DNA from: the human T2T-CHM13v2.0 reference genome, Homo sapiens
Strand: one strand, 5' to 3'
NCBI RefSeq assembly: GCF_009914755.1
Contig: NC_060936.1
Length of the DNA stretch: 64,000 bases
In this document: positions 1 to 15,340 of the stretch, one piece after another
How the letters are laid out: each line of letters starts with the position of its first letter
Position numbering within the stretch: the stretch's first letter is position 1
Position numbers and translations under genes: made by a program
The notes under the pieces: generated by a model
Told to the model about the DNA's origin: nothing
What the model saw: the letters and a program-made list of their open reading frames with translations, nothing else
The model's database searches: none

Positions 1-1534
1 CAAGGATAATTTGACTTCTTCCTTTCGAATTGCACTGCCTTTTATTTCTTACTCTTCTCTGATTACTATAGCTAAGGTTTCCAGTAGTATGTTGAATGAC
101 AGTGTTGCAAGTGGGCATCCTTGTCATGTTCCAGATCTATGAGCACAGGCTTTCTGTTTTCCCTATTCAGTATGATACTGCCTGTGGGTCTGTCATATAT
201 GGCTTTTATTATGTTGAGGTATTGTTCTTTCTATAACCAATTTTTGAGAGTTTTTACTATAAAGGATAATTAACTTTATCAAATTTTTTGCAGCATAAAT
301 TCAAATGATCACGATTTTGGTCCTTCATTATGTTGACATGATGTATCACATCGATTGATTTGTGTATGTTAAACCATCCTTGTTTTCCTAGAATAAATCC
401 AACTTGGTCAAGATGAATTATCTTTTTAATGTATTGCTGAAATTGGTTTGCTTGTATTCTGTTGAGGATTTTTGCATCAATATTCATCAGAGATACTGGC
501 CAGGAGTTTCCACTTTTTTTTTTTTTTGATGTGTCTTTATCTGGTTTTTGTATCAGGCTTCATAGAATGAGTTTGGAGGAATTCCCTCCTCCTCTATTTT
601 TCAGAATAGTTTGATAATGATTAGTGTTAGTTCTATAAATATTTGGTAGAATTCAGCAATAAGGCCATTAGGTCCTGGGCTTTTGTCTACTGGGAGACTT
701 CTTTTCACAGATTTGATCTTGCTACTTACTACTGGTCAGTTCAAATTTTGCATTTGTTTATGTTTCCATCTTTGTAGGTTGTATGCACCTAGAAATTTAT
801 CCATTTCTTCCAGATTTTCCAATTTGTTGGCAGATAGCTATTCATAGTAGCCACTAATAGTCTTTTGAATTTCTGCTGTATGAGTTGTAGTGTCTCCTCT
901 TTCATCTCTGTTTTTATCTATGTGGATCTTATCTCTTTTAGTTAGTCTGGCTGAAGGTTTGTCACTTCCTGTTGTCTTTTCAAAAAACGAACATTTTGTT
1001 TCACTGTTCTTCCATAATGTTTTCTTCATTTCAAATTCATTTAGTTGTATTCTAATTTTTATTATTTGTTTTCCTCTACTAACTTTGGGTTTGGTTTGCT
1101 CTTGGTTTTTTATTTCTCTAAGATGAATTATGACGTTACTTATTTGAACTTTCTCTTCTTTTTTCAAACAGGTACCTATAGCTACAAATTTCCCTCTTAG
1201 TACTGCTTTTGCTGTAACCTATAGTTTTGATATGTTGTGTTTTCATTAAAACTTATTTCAAGAAATTTGCCAATTCTCTTATTTTTTTATTGACCCACTG
1301 GTCATTCATTTTCATGTGTTTGTATATTTCCACAATTCCTCTTGTTATCATTTATCAATTTTATTCCACTGCGGTCAGAGAAGATGTTTGATATTATTTA
1401 AAACTTTTGAATGTTTTAAGACTTGTTTTGTGGCCTAACATATGGTCTATCCTTGAGAATAATCCCTGTGCTGAGAACAAAAAGTTGTATTCTGCAGCGA
1501 TTAGATGAAATTTTCCGTAAATATCAATTAGGTC
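1..1534 (-). mobile_element. Old L1 (L1M/L1PB-type) ORF2 fragment, degenerate; continues after the MST insertion
   Basis: Minus ORFs 257-487 ([23 protein letters not shown]) and 838-1167 are ORF2-like but broken. Confidence 0.9.
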
Positions 1535-4055
1535 TGATTTGCTTTGAATCTGTTTCCCAAACCAAATCTCATGTCAAATTTTAATCCCCAGTGTTGGAGA
1601 TGGAGGCTGCTGAGAGGCAATTGGGTCATAGGGGCAGTTTCTAATGGCTTAGCACCACCCCCCTAGTGGTGTCTCATGATAGAGTTCTCACAAGATCTGA
1701 TTGTTTGAAAGTGTGTAGCACCTCCACAATCCCCTTCCCCCTACTCTGGCCATGTAAGATTTGACTGCTTCTTCTTTGCCTTCCAAATGGATAAATGTAC
1801 CCATTCCAAATGGAAGAAATTGGCCAAAATGAAGGGGCTACAGGCTTTGTCCTAGTCCAAAATCCAATGGGGTGGTCAAATCTTAAAGTTCCAAAATTAT
1901 CTCCATTGACTCACATCCAGGTCACACTAATGCAAGAGGTGGGTTCCCATGGTCTTGGGCAGCTCTGCCCCTGTGGCTTTGCGGGGTACAGCCTCCCTCC
2001 CAGATGCTTTCACAGGCTGGTGTTGAGTGTGGCTTTTTCAGGTCTATGGTGCAAGCTGTTGGTAGATTTACCATTCTGGGGTCAGGAGGATGGTGACCTT
2101 CTTCTCAGAACTCCACTAGGCAGTGCCCCAGTGGACTCTGTGTGGGGGCTCTGACCCCACATTTCCGTTCTACACTCCCCTAGCAGAGGTTCTACATGAG
2201 GGCCTGTCCCTGCAGCAAACTTCTACCTGGACATCCAGGCATTTCTATACATCCTCTGAAATCTAGGCAGAGGTTCCCAAACCTCAATTATTGACTTCTG
2301 TGCACCCACCAGCTCAACACCACATGAAAACCACCAAAGCTTAGGACTTGCCCCCTCTGAAGCCATAGCCTGAGCTGTACCTTGGCTCCTTTTAGCTATG
2401 GCTACAGCAGCTGGGTCATAGGACATCAAGTCCCTAGACAGCACACAGCAGGGGAGCCCTTGGCCCAGCCCATGAAACCATTCTTTCCTCCTAGGCTTCT
2501 GGACCTGTGATTATAGGGGATGCTGCAAATGTCTCTGACATGCCCTGGAGACATTTTCCTCATTGTCTTGGAGGTCACCATTTGGCTCCTCATTACTTAT
2601 GCAAATTTCTGCCACTGGCTGCCTTGAATTTCTTCTCAGAAAATGAGTTTCTCTTTTCTATCACGTCATCAGGCTGAAAATTTTCCAAACTTTTATGCTC
2701 TGTTTCCCTTTTAAAACTGAATGCCTTTAACAGCACCCAAGTCACATCTTGAACGCCTTAGTGCTTAGGAATTTCTTCCACCAGATACCCTAAGTCATCT
2801 CCCTCTAGTTCAAAGTTTCACAAATCTCTAGAGCAGAGGCAAAATGCCTCCAGTCTCTTTGCTGAAACATAGCAAGAGTCACATTTACTTCAGTTCCCAA
2901 CAAGTTTCTTATCTCCATCTGGGACCACCTCAGCCTGGATTTCATTGTCGATATTATTATCAGCATTTTGGTCAAAGCCATTCAACAAGTCTCTAGGGAG
3001 TTCCAAGCTTTCCCACATTTTCCTGTCTCCTTCTGAGCCCTCCAAAGTGTTCCAATCTCTGCCTGTTACCCATTTCCAAAGTCACTTCTACAATTTTGGG
3101 TATCTTTACAGCAGCACCTCACTACTAGTACCAATTTACTGTATTAGTCCGTTTTCATGCTACTGATAAAGACATACCCAAGACTGGATAATGTATAAAG
3201 AAAAAAGGTTTAATGGACTAACAGTTCCACGTGGCTGAGGAGGTGTAAGGTAAAAGTCAATCATGGCAGAAGGTGAAAGACATGCCTTACATCACTGCAG
3301 ACAAGAGAGAATAAGAGCCAAGAGAAAAGGGAAACCTCTTATGAAACCATCAGATGTCATAAGACTTATTCACTACCGTGAGAATAGTATGGGGGAAACT
3401 GCCCCCATGATTCAATTCTCTCTCCCTAGGTCATTCCCACAACATATGGGAATTATGGGAGCTACAATCAAGATGAGATTTGGGTGGGGACACAGCCAAA
3501 CCATATCACAGGCTGAAGGGACTACTGTTGTCTCAGATAAGATTTTGGACTTTGGAGTTTTGAGTTTATGTTGGAATAAATTAAGACTTCCAGGACTATT
3601 GAGTAGTGATGATTATACTTTACAATGTGAGAACATGAGATTTGATAGGGGCCAGGGGTGTAATGATATAGTTTGGATCTTTTCCCTGTGTGTCATGTCG
3701 AATTGTAATCCCCAGTGTTGGAGGTGGGGCCTGGTGGGTGGTGATTGGATCATGGGGGCAGTTTCTAATGCTTTAGTACCATCCCCCTAGTGACATTTTG
3801 TGATAAAGTTCTCATGATATATTGTTATTTAAAAGTGTGTGGTACCTCCCCTGCCCTTCTTCCTGCTCTGACTCTGTAAGGTGTGCCTGCTTTTCCTTCA
3901 TCTTCCACCATGACTGAAAGTTTCCTGAGGCCTCCCCAGAAGCCATCATGCATCTCGTACAGCCTGTGGTACCATGGGCTAATTAAACCTCCTATATTTA
4001 TAAGTTACCCAGTCTTGGGTACTTCTTTATAGTGGTGTGAGAATGGACTAACACA
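1535..4055 (+). mobile_element. MST (ERVL-MaLR) provirus remnant: truncated 5' LTR 1535-~1785, end of internal region 3509-3663, complete 3' LTR 3664-4055
   Basis: TG...CA termini; 5-bp TSD AGGTC at 1530-1534 and 4056-4060; polypurine tract ggggccaggggtgtaa before the 3' LTR; host L1 is collinear across it. Confidence 0.85.
1786..3508 (-). mobile_element. THE1 (MaLR) 5' LTR (3140-3508) plus truncated internal region, nested antisense inside the MST
   Basis: Reverse complement begins TGATATGGTTTGGCTGTGTCCCC and ends ACTAATACA, followed by the THE1-int start GTAAATTGGTAC. Confidence 0.85.
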
Positions 4056-4060
4056 AGGTC

Positions 4061-6945
4061 CATTTGGTCTACAGTGCAGATTAAGTCTGATGTTTGTTGA
4101 TTTTGTGCCTGGAAGACCTGCCCAGTGCTGAAAGTAGGATGCTGAAGTTTCCAGCTGTTATTGCATCAGGGCCTATCTCTCTCTTTAGTGCTAGTAAGAT
4201 TAGTTTTATATATCTGGGTGCTCCAGTGTTGGGTATATATATAATTACAATCATCATATCTTGTTGCTGAATCAATCCCTTTATCATCATATAGTGACCT
4301 TTGTTGTTATGGTTTTCATCTTGAAATCTATTTTATCCAATATAAGTGTAGCGACTCATTGATTTCTATTGGCATGAAGTATCTTTTTCCAGTCCTCTAG
4401 TTTCAGTCTATGTGTCTTTATAGGTGAATTGTGTTTTTTGTAAGCAACAGATATTTTGGTCTTGGGATTTTTTTTTTTTCCTTTTTTCTTCCATTCACCT
4501 ACTCTGTCTTTTGATTGGAGAGTTTAGTCAATTTACATTCAATGTTATTATTCATAAGTAGAGACTTATTGCAGCTGTTTTGTTATTTGTTTTCTGTCTG
4601 TTTTGTGGTCTTCTCCTCCTTCTTTTCTTCCTTCCTTTCTTCCTTTTAGTGAAGATAATTTTCCCTGGTGGTATGCTTTAATTTCTTGCTTTTTTGTATT
4701 TGTTTTGTATGTTTTATGATTTGAGATATCCATGAAGTTTGCAAGTACTTCATTATAACCCATTATTTTAAACTGATGACAACTTAGCTGATTGTATAAA
4801 TGAATAAACAAACATGCAATAAAAAACTAACAAAAACTCTACACTTTAAGTTTTGACCTTTTTGTTGTTTCTTTTTATGTCTTATTATATTGCCCATGTC
4901 TTGAAAGTTGTTGCAGCTATTATTTATTATTGGTTCCTCATTTAGTCTTTCTACTTATTTAGTTTTTCTATGTAAGTCAAGAGAAGTTTACATACCACAG
5001 TTACAGTGCAGAATATTTTATGCTTTTCTGTGTGCTTATTATGACTGGTGAGTTTTCTACCTTCAGGTAATTTCTTCTTGCTCATTAACATCCTTGTATT
5101 TCAGATTAAAGAACTCCCTTTCACATTCCCTGTGAATAGGTCTGGTGTTGATGAAATCCCTCAGCTTTTGTTTGTCTGGGAAGGTCTTTAGTTCTTCTTT
5201 ATGTTTAAATCATATTTTCACCAGATATGCTATTCTAAGGTAAAAGTTTTTCATTCAGCACTTTAAATATGTCATGCTGTTCTCTTCTGGCCTGGAAGGT
5301 TTCCACTGAAAAGTCTGCTGCCAGACCTATTGAAGCTCGATTGTATGTTATTTACTCCTTTTCTCTTGCTGCTTTCAAGATCCTTTCTTTACGCTTGATA
5401 TTTGTGTGTTTGATTATTAAATGCCTTGAGATAGTCTTATTTGGGTTAAATCTGCTTAATGTTCTATAAACTTCTTGTATTTTAATGGTAATATCATCCT
5501 CTGGGTTTGGGAAGTTATCGTTATTATCTCTTTGAATAAACTTTCTTCCCCTTTCTCTTTCTCTGCCTTCTCTTTAAGGCCAATAAGTCTTAGATTTGCC
5601 CTTTTGAGGCTATTTCCTATATTTTGTAAGTGTGCTTGTTTTGTTTGGTTTTGTTGGTCTCCTTTGACTGTGTATTTTCAAACAGCCTATCTTCAAGCTC
5701 ACTAATTCTTTTTTCTGCTTTATCAGCTCCACTATTAAAAGACTCATGGATTCTTCAGCATGTCAATTATGTTTCTTAACTCTAAAATTTCTGCTTTATT
5801 CTTTTAAATTATTTCAATCTTTGTTAGATTAATCTCAGAATTCTGAATTCATTCTCAGTGTTATCTTGAATTTCTTTGAGTTTCCTCAGAACAGCTATTT
5901 TGAATTACCTCTCTGAAAGCTCATACATCACTGTTTCTTTGGAATTGGTTCCTGGTACATTATGTAGGTCATGTTTGATAAGGTCATGTTTTCCTGGATG
6001 GTATTGATACTTGTAGATGTTCATCAGTGTCTGGAAATTGAAGAGTTAGGTATTTATTGTAATTTTCACAGTCTGGGCTTCTTTGTGACTGTCCTCAAGA
6101 AGGCTTTGGAAGTATTTGAAGACACTTGGACTCCAAGTGCAATAATGCTATGGTTTTGCAGCCTCATAGAGGTACCGACGTGGTGGTCTTTGATAAGATT
6201 CTGAATAATTCTTTGGAATACCAGGCAGAGACTCTGTTTTTTTCCCTTACTTCCCCCAAACTAATGGAGTCTCCTTCTCTATGATTAGCTACCTGGAAAT
6301 TTGGGTGTGGTGATGCAAGCACTCCTGTGGGCAGCACCACTGGGACTGTGCTGGGTCAGACCTGAAGCCAGCACAGCATTGAGTCTTGTTGCCCCAGGGC
6401 CTTCCCTTCTGGTCAGTAAGTTTTTCCAGGCCCTGGGTGTGTCCAGAGATGCTCTCTGGGAGCCAGAAATTGGAGGCAAAAACGTTAACAGTTTACCTGA
6501 TATTCTCTCCACTCACAACAATACAAAGTTCTTCATGCTCTCCCCTACCCTTCCTACAAGCAGAGGAGACTGTCCCAGTGGATACCACCATCAGTATTCC
6601 ACCAGGCATTCTGCCAGGCCACCACTGATGTTCACTTAAAGCCCAAGGTTTTTTTTTTTTTTGGTCAGCTTATCTTGATTTCTGCCAGGCCTGAGACTTA
6701 CCCTTCAGGGTGGTGGACTCCCCTCTGGTCCAGGGAAGGTCCAGAAATGCTGTTCAAGAGGCTAAGCCTAGATTCTGTGAACCCAGAAGGCTGCTTTTTG
6801 TTCTACCTTACTGTGTCTGAGTTGGGACCTGATTTTTGGTTGCTGTGATGGTGCTTTTCTTTGTGGAGATAGTTGTTAAAATTTGGGTTTCACTGGGGGA
6901 GGATGAACAATGTAGGCTTCTATTCCACTATCTTGCTCTGATCTC
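4061..6945 (-). mobile_element. Old L1: ORF2 endonuclease region, ORF1 and 5' region, degenerate
   Basis: ORF 4081-4290 (IYIPNTGAPRYIK..AGNFS) is L1 EN-like; ORF1-like sequence around 5200-5700; right boundary approximate. Confidence 0.75.
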
Positions 6946-7425
6946 CTTGTCTTCAATTTTGAAGGACAGCTTTGTGAGTTATTTTATGCTTGGTTGGCAG
7001 TCTTTTTTTTTTCTCCTTTTAATGCTTTGAATATATCATCCCACTTCCTCCTGGCCTGGAAGGTTTCTGCCGAAAAGTCTGCTGATAGTTTCATAGAGTT
7101 TCCCTTGAATATAACAAGTCACTTTTCTCTTGCTGCTCTCAAAATTTTCTTTGTCTTTAACTTTTGATAATTTGATTATAATATTTTTTGATGTGGATCT
7201 CTTTGCATTCATTCTATTTTCTGTCCTTTGGGAATTTTGAAACTGATGTTCATTTCTTTCAGCAGGTTTGGGAAATTTTCAGCCATTATTTCTTTGAATA
7301 AACCCTCTTTCTCTTTCTCTTCTTTTTTTGGACTCCCAGAATGCATATATTGGCTCACTTTATTTGGTGTCGTAAGTTTCCTAAGCTATCTTTAGTTATT
7401 TTTCCTTTTATCTTTTTGCTTCTTT
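6946..7425 (-). mobile_element. Old L1M ORF1 fragment that is the target of the L1HS insertion; resumes at 13783-~14990
   Basis: L1M ORF1-type sequence (tcccacttcctcctggcctggaaggtttctgc) continues seamlessly after the right TSD. Confidence 0.7.
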
Positions 7426-7723
7426 TTTTTTTTTTTTTTAAATATATATTTATCAATTTAATTAAAATAACAATAGTAAGCCCATTACATGTTAGCAAAA
7501 ATGACATAGTTTTATGAATTCGTTCCAAAATAAAAACATTTAGTGAGAGTCACATCTTATTTTAGAAAATCTCTAAGTGGAAGACAGCTGGATTCTTATG
7601 TCTTCTGCATTCAATGAGTTGCAATATCACCTGTCATATAACTCCTTGAAAAACTCCATTGCATACTTGAGATAATAAAAATGAAAAACGGAAATAATAT
7701 CTTAACTCATCAAGAAATAATTC
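7426..7723 (-). other. L1-mediated 3' transduction (7440-7723, Charlie1-like DNA transposon fragment) plus a second poly(A)
   Basis: Sits between two poly(T) tracts (7423-7439 and 7724-7739) inside the TSDs; minus-strand ATTAAA at 7457-7462 lies 17 nt before the distal poly(A); ttgaatgcagaag..agaatccagctgtcttc resembles hAT-Charlie1. Confidence 0.9.
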
Positions 7724-7944
7724 TTTTTTTTTTTTTTTTATTATACTCTAAGTTTTAGGGTACATGTGCACATTGTGCAGGTTAGTTACATATGTATACA
7801 TGTGCCATGCTGGTGCGCTGCACCCACTAATGTGTCATCTAGCATTAGGTATATCTCCCAATGCTATCCCTCCCCCCTCACCCGACCCCACCACAGTCCC
7901 CAGAGTGTGATATTCCCCTTCCTGTGTCCATGTGATCTCATTGT

Positions 7945-11796
<3,852 letters not shown>

Positions 11797-11835
11797 TCAT
11801 TAGTTGATGCAGTTTCTTCCTAGTCTCGATGGTCT

Positions 11836-12852
11836 TTACATTTTGGCATGATTTTGCAGCGGCTGGTACTGGTTGTTCCTTTCCATGTTTAGCGCTTCCT
11901 TCAGGAGCTCTTTTAGGGCAGGCCTGGTGGTGACAAAATCTCTCAACATTTGCTTGTCTATAAAGTATTTTATTTCTCCTTCACTTATGAAGCTTAGTTT
12001 GGCTGGATATGAAATTCTGGGTTGAAAATTCTTTTCTTTAAGAATGTTGAATATTGGCCCCCACTCTCTTCTGGCTTGTAGGGTTTCTGCCAAGAGATCC
12101 GCTGTTAGTCTGATGGGCTTTCCTTTGAGGGTAACCCGACCTTTCTCTCTGGCTGCCCTTAACATTTTTTCCTTCATTTCAACTTTGGTGAATCTGACAA
12201 TTATGTGTCTTGGAGTTGCTCTTCTCGAGGAGTATCTTTGTGGCGTTCTCTGTATTTCCTGAATCTGAACGTTGGCCTGCCTTGCTAGATTGGGGAAGTT
12301 CTCCTGGATAATATCCTGCAGAGTGTTTTCCAACTTGGTTCCATTCTCCACATCACTTTCAGGTACACCAATCAGACGTAGATTTGGTCTTTTCACGTAG
12401 TCCCATATTTCTTGGAGGCTTTGCTCATTTCTTTTTATTCTTTTTTCTCTAAACTTCCCTTCTCGCTTCATTTCATTCATTTCATCTTCCATTGCTGATA
12501 CCCTTTCTTCCAGTTGATCGCATCGGCTCCTGAGGCTTCTGCATTCTTCACGTAGTTCTCGAGCCTTGGTTTTCAGCTCCATCAGCTCCTTTAAGCACTT
12601 CTCTGTATTGGTTATTCTAGTTATACATTCTTCTAAATTTTTTTCAAAGTTTTCAACTTCTTTGCCTTTGGTTTGAATGTCCTCCCGTAGCTCAGAGTAA
12701 TTTGATCGTCTGAAGCCTTCTTCTCTCAGCTCGTCAAAATCATTCTCCATCCAGCTTTGTTCTGTTGCTGGTGAGGAACTGCGTTCCTTTGGAGGAGGAG
12801 AGGCGCTCTGCGTTTTAGAGTTTCCAGTTTTTCTGTTCTGTTTTTTCCCCAT
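11836..12852 (-). CDS. ORF1: L1 ORF1p RNA-binding protein, 338 aa
   Basis: MGKKQNRKTGNSK...; REKG, ARR and YPAKLS motifs intact; 63-nt spacer to ORF2. Confidence 0.97.
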   Translation of the reverse strand: MGKKQNRKTGNSKTQSASPPPKERSSSPATEQSWMENDFDELREEGFRRSNYSELREDIQTKGKEVENFEKNLEECITRITNTEKCLKELMELKTKARELREECRSLRSRCDQLEERVSAMEDEMNEMKREGKFREKRIKRNEQSLQEIWDYVKRPNLRLIGVPESDVENGTKLENTLQDIIQENFPNLARQANVQIQEIQRTPQRYSSRRATPRHIIVRFTKVEMKEKMLRAAREKGRVTLKGKPIRLTADLLAETLQARREWGPIFNILKEKNFQPRISYPAKLSFISEGEIKYFIDKQMLRDFVTTRPALKELLKEALNMERNNQYQPLQNHAKM

Positions 12853-13760
12853 CTTTGTGGTTTTATCTACTTTTGGTCTTTGATGATGGTGATGTACAGA
12901 TGGGTTTTCGGTGTAGATGTCCTTTCTGGTTGTTAGTTTTCCTTCTAACAGACAGGACCCTCAGCTGCAGGTCTGTTGGAATACCCTGCCGTGTGAGGTG
13001 TCAGTGTGCCCCTGCTGGGGGGTGCCTCCCAGTTAGGCTGCTCGGGGGTCAGGAGTCAGGGACCCACTTGAGGAGGCAGTCTGTCTGCCCGTTCTCAGAT
13101 CTCCAGCTGCGTGCTGGGAGAACCACTGCTCTCTTCAAAGCTGTCAGACAGGGACACTTAAGTCTGCAGAGGTTACTGCTGTCTTTTTGTTTGTCTGTGC
13201 CCTGCCCCCAGAGGTGGAGCCTACAGAGGCAGGCAGGCCTCCTTGAGCTGTGGTGGGCTCCACCCAGTTCGAGCTTCCCGGCTGCTTTGTTTACCTAAGC
13301 AAGCCTGGGCAATGGCGGGCGCCCCTCCCCCAGCCTCGTTGCCGCCTTGCAGTTTGATCTCAGACTGCTGTGCTAGCAATCAGCGAGATTCCGTGGGCGT
13401 AGGACCCTCCGAGCCAGGTGTGGGATATAGTCTCGTGGTGCGCCGTTTCTTAAGCCGGTCTGAAAAGCGCAATATTCGGGTGGGAGTGACCTGATTTTCC
13501 AGGTGCGACCGTCACCCCTTTCTTTGACTATGAAAGGGAACTCCCTGACCCCTTGCACTTCCCAGGTGAGGCAATGCCTCGCCCTGCTTCGGCTCGCGCA
13601 CGGTGCGCACACACACTGGCCTGCGCCCACTGTCTGGCACTCCCTAGTGAGATGAACCCGGTACCTCAGATGGAAATGCAGAAATCACCGTCTTCTGCGT
13701 CGCTCACGCTGGGAGCTGTAGACCGGAGCTGTTCCTATTCGGCCATCTTGGCTCCTCCCC
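12853..13760 (-). promoter_or_regulatory. L1 5'UTR: CpG-rich internal sense promoter and antisense promoter; YY1 site at 13740-13750
   Basis: CAAGATGGCCG intact; the only CpG-dense segment in the window. Confidence 0.9.
13312..13494 (+). CDS. ORF0: L1 ORF0, truncated to 60 aa by CGA->TGA
   Basis: MAGAPPPASLPPCSLISDCCASNQRDSVGVGPSEPG...RVGVT*; canonical ORF0 is 71 aa. Confidence 0.8.
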   Translation: MAGAPPPASLPPCSLISDCCASNQRDSVGVGPSEPGVGYSLVVRRFLSRSEKRNIRVGVT

Positions 13761-14300
13761 AAGAAATCCTTTTTGCTTCTTTAATTAAATGATCTTAATG
13801 ACTTGTCTTCAAGTTTGCTAATTTTTTCCTATGCTTGATCTAAACTCCTGTTGAGACTCTCTATTGAATTTTTCAGTCTGGTTATTGTATTCTGCAGCCC
13901 CTTGATTTGTGGGGTTGACATTTTAAAAACATTTCCTATCCCTTTGTTGAAATTCTCACTTTATTCATACATTGCTGTCCTGACTTCCATACACATCTTT
14001 ATCCCATTATTTTGAATTCTCTTAGGTAAATCGCATATATCCATTTCATCAGTGTAAGGTTCTGGATTTTTATTTTGTCCTTTTATTTAGAAAATATTTC
14101 ATCATCTCTTCATTTTCCTTGACTCTTTGTGTTGGTTTCTCCACATCAAATAATTCAGCTACCTCTCCCAGTCTTGTCAGGCTGGCCTTGTGTAGGAAAT
14201 TAATCTCACCTATCAGCTTTACTGGAGTTTCTGGGTGCCTCTCAAATTTTTCTACTTGTTCAAACCTTCATCTTTGTACTTAGTGGCCCCAACTAAACTA

Positions 14301-14642
<342 letters not shown>

Positions 14643-15129
14643 CTAGAGTGTACCAAGTTCCATCTGTGCCTAAATATAGGTGAGATAGAAGCCAGTTGCT
14701 CAAGTAGTAGTTGAAAAAATTGTTGTGCTATATATATGTTTCAGTTAATTTTCTTCTCAAGCAGAAGCTTGGAGCTGGAATTTATCTTTCACTAGCTCTG
14801 CACCAAGCTAGGAGAGGATCTGTGGCAAATGCCTGTACTCTTGGTCAGACTTAACACACCTTCAACCCATTGGTTTGTTCTTTGCCACTTCTGGGGTCTA
14901 TAAAACCCTGTGTCTCATCAGCTCTCAGAAACAAGTGGGCTAGATAGAGGCTTGGTTTTATCTCTAGAGTTATCAAGGGGGAAGAGCTGTGTAAAAAGAG
15001 CCACATATCCGTTCAGCTTCACGTAGAACTATTGATTCTACAGGATGCTACATTAGGCTGGTTAGAAGAAAAGGAAGAAGTGATCAGACAGTGGGAAGTT
15101 CAAGTAGGAGTTTTAAAAACGTTGAGAAA

Positions 15130-15340
15130 CAGTGTAATCTAGTGTTTGAGGACACAGATTTCAAAGCCAGATTGCCCAGCTTCAAATTGCAACTCAGTAA
15201 TTTAACACTGGCCAAGTCCACTCAACGTTGTGTTTCCATTTCCTCATTTGTAAAAGGAATACAATGTCTTCTATTCTAGAGTACAGAGTTGTTAGGAACA
15301 CATCAGCCAAATATATATTAAGTAGCATAAGCTAATAGTA
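15130..15340 (+). mobile_element. MIR
   Basis: MIR core-like tttcctcatttgtaaaa; boundaries approximate. Confidence 0.6.

Noticed and set aside
1795-3790. ORFs of 119 and 175 aa
   Set aside because: Fortuitous frames within THE1/MST sequence
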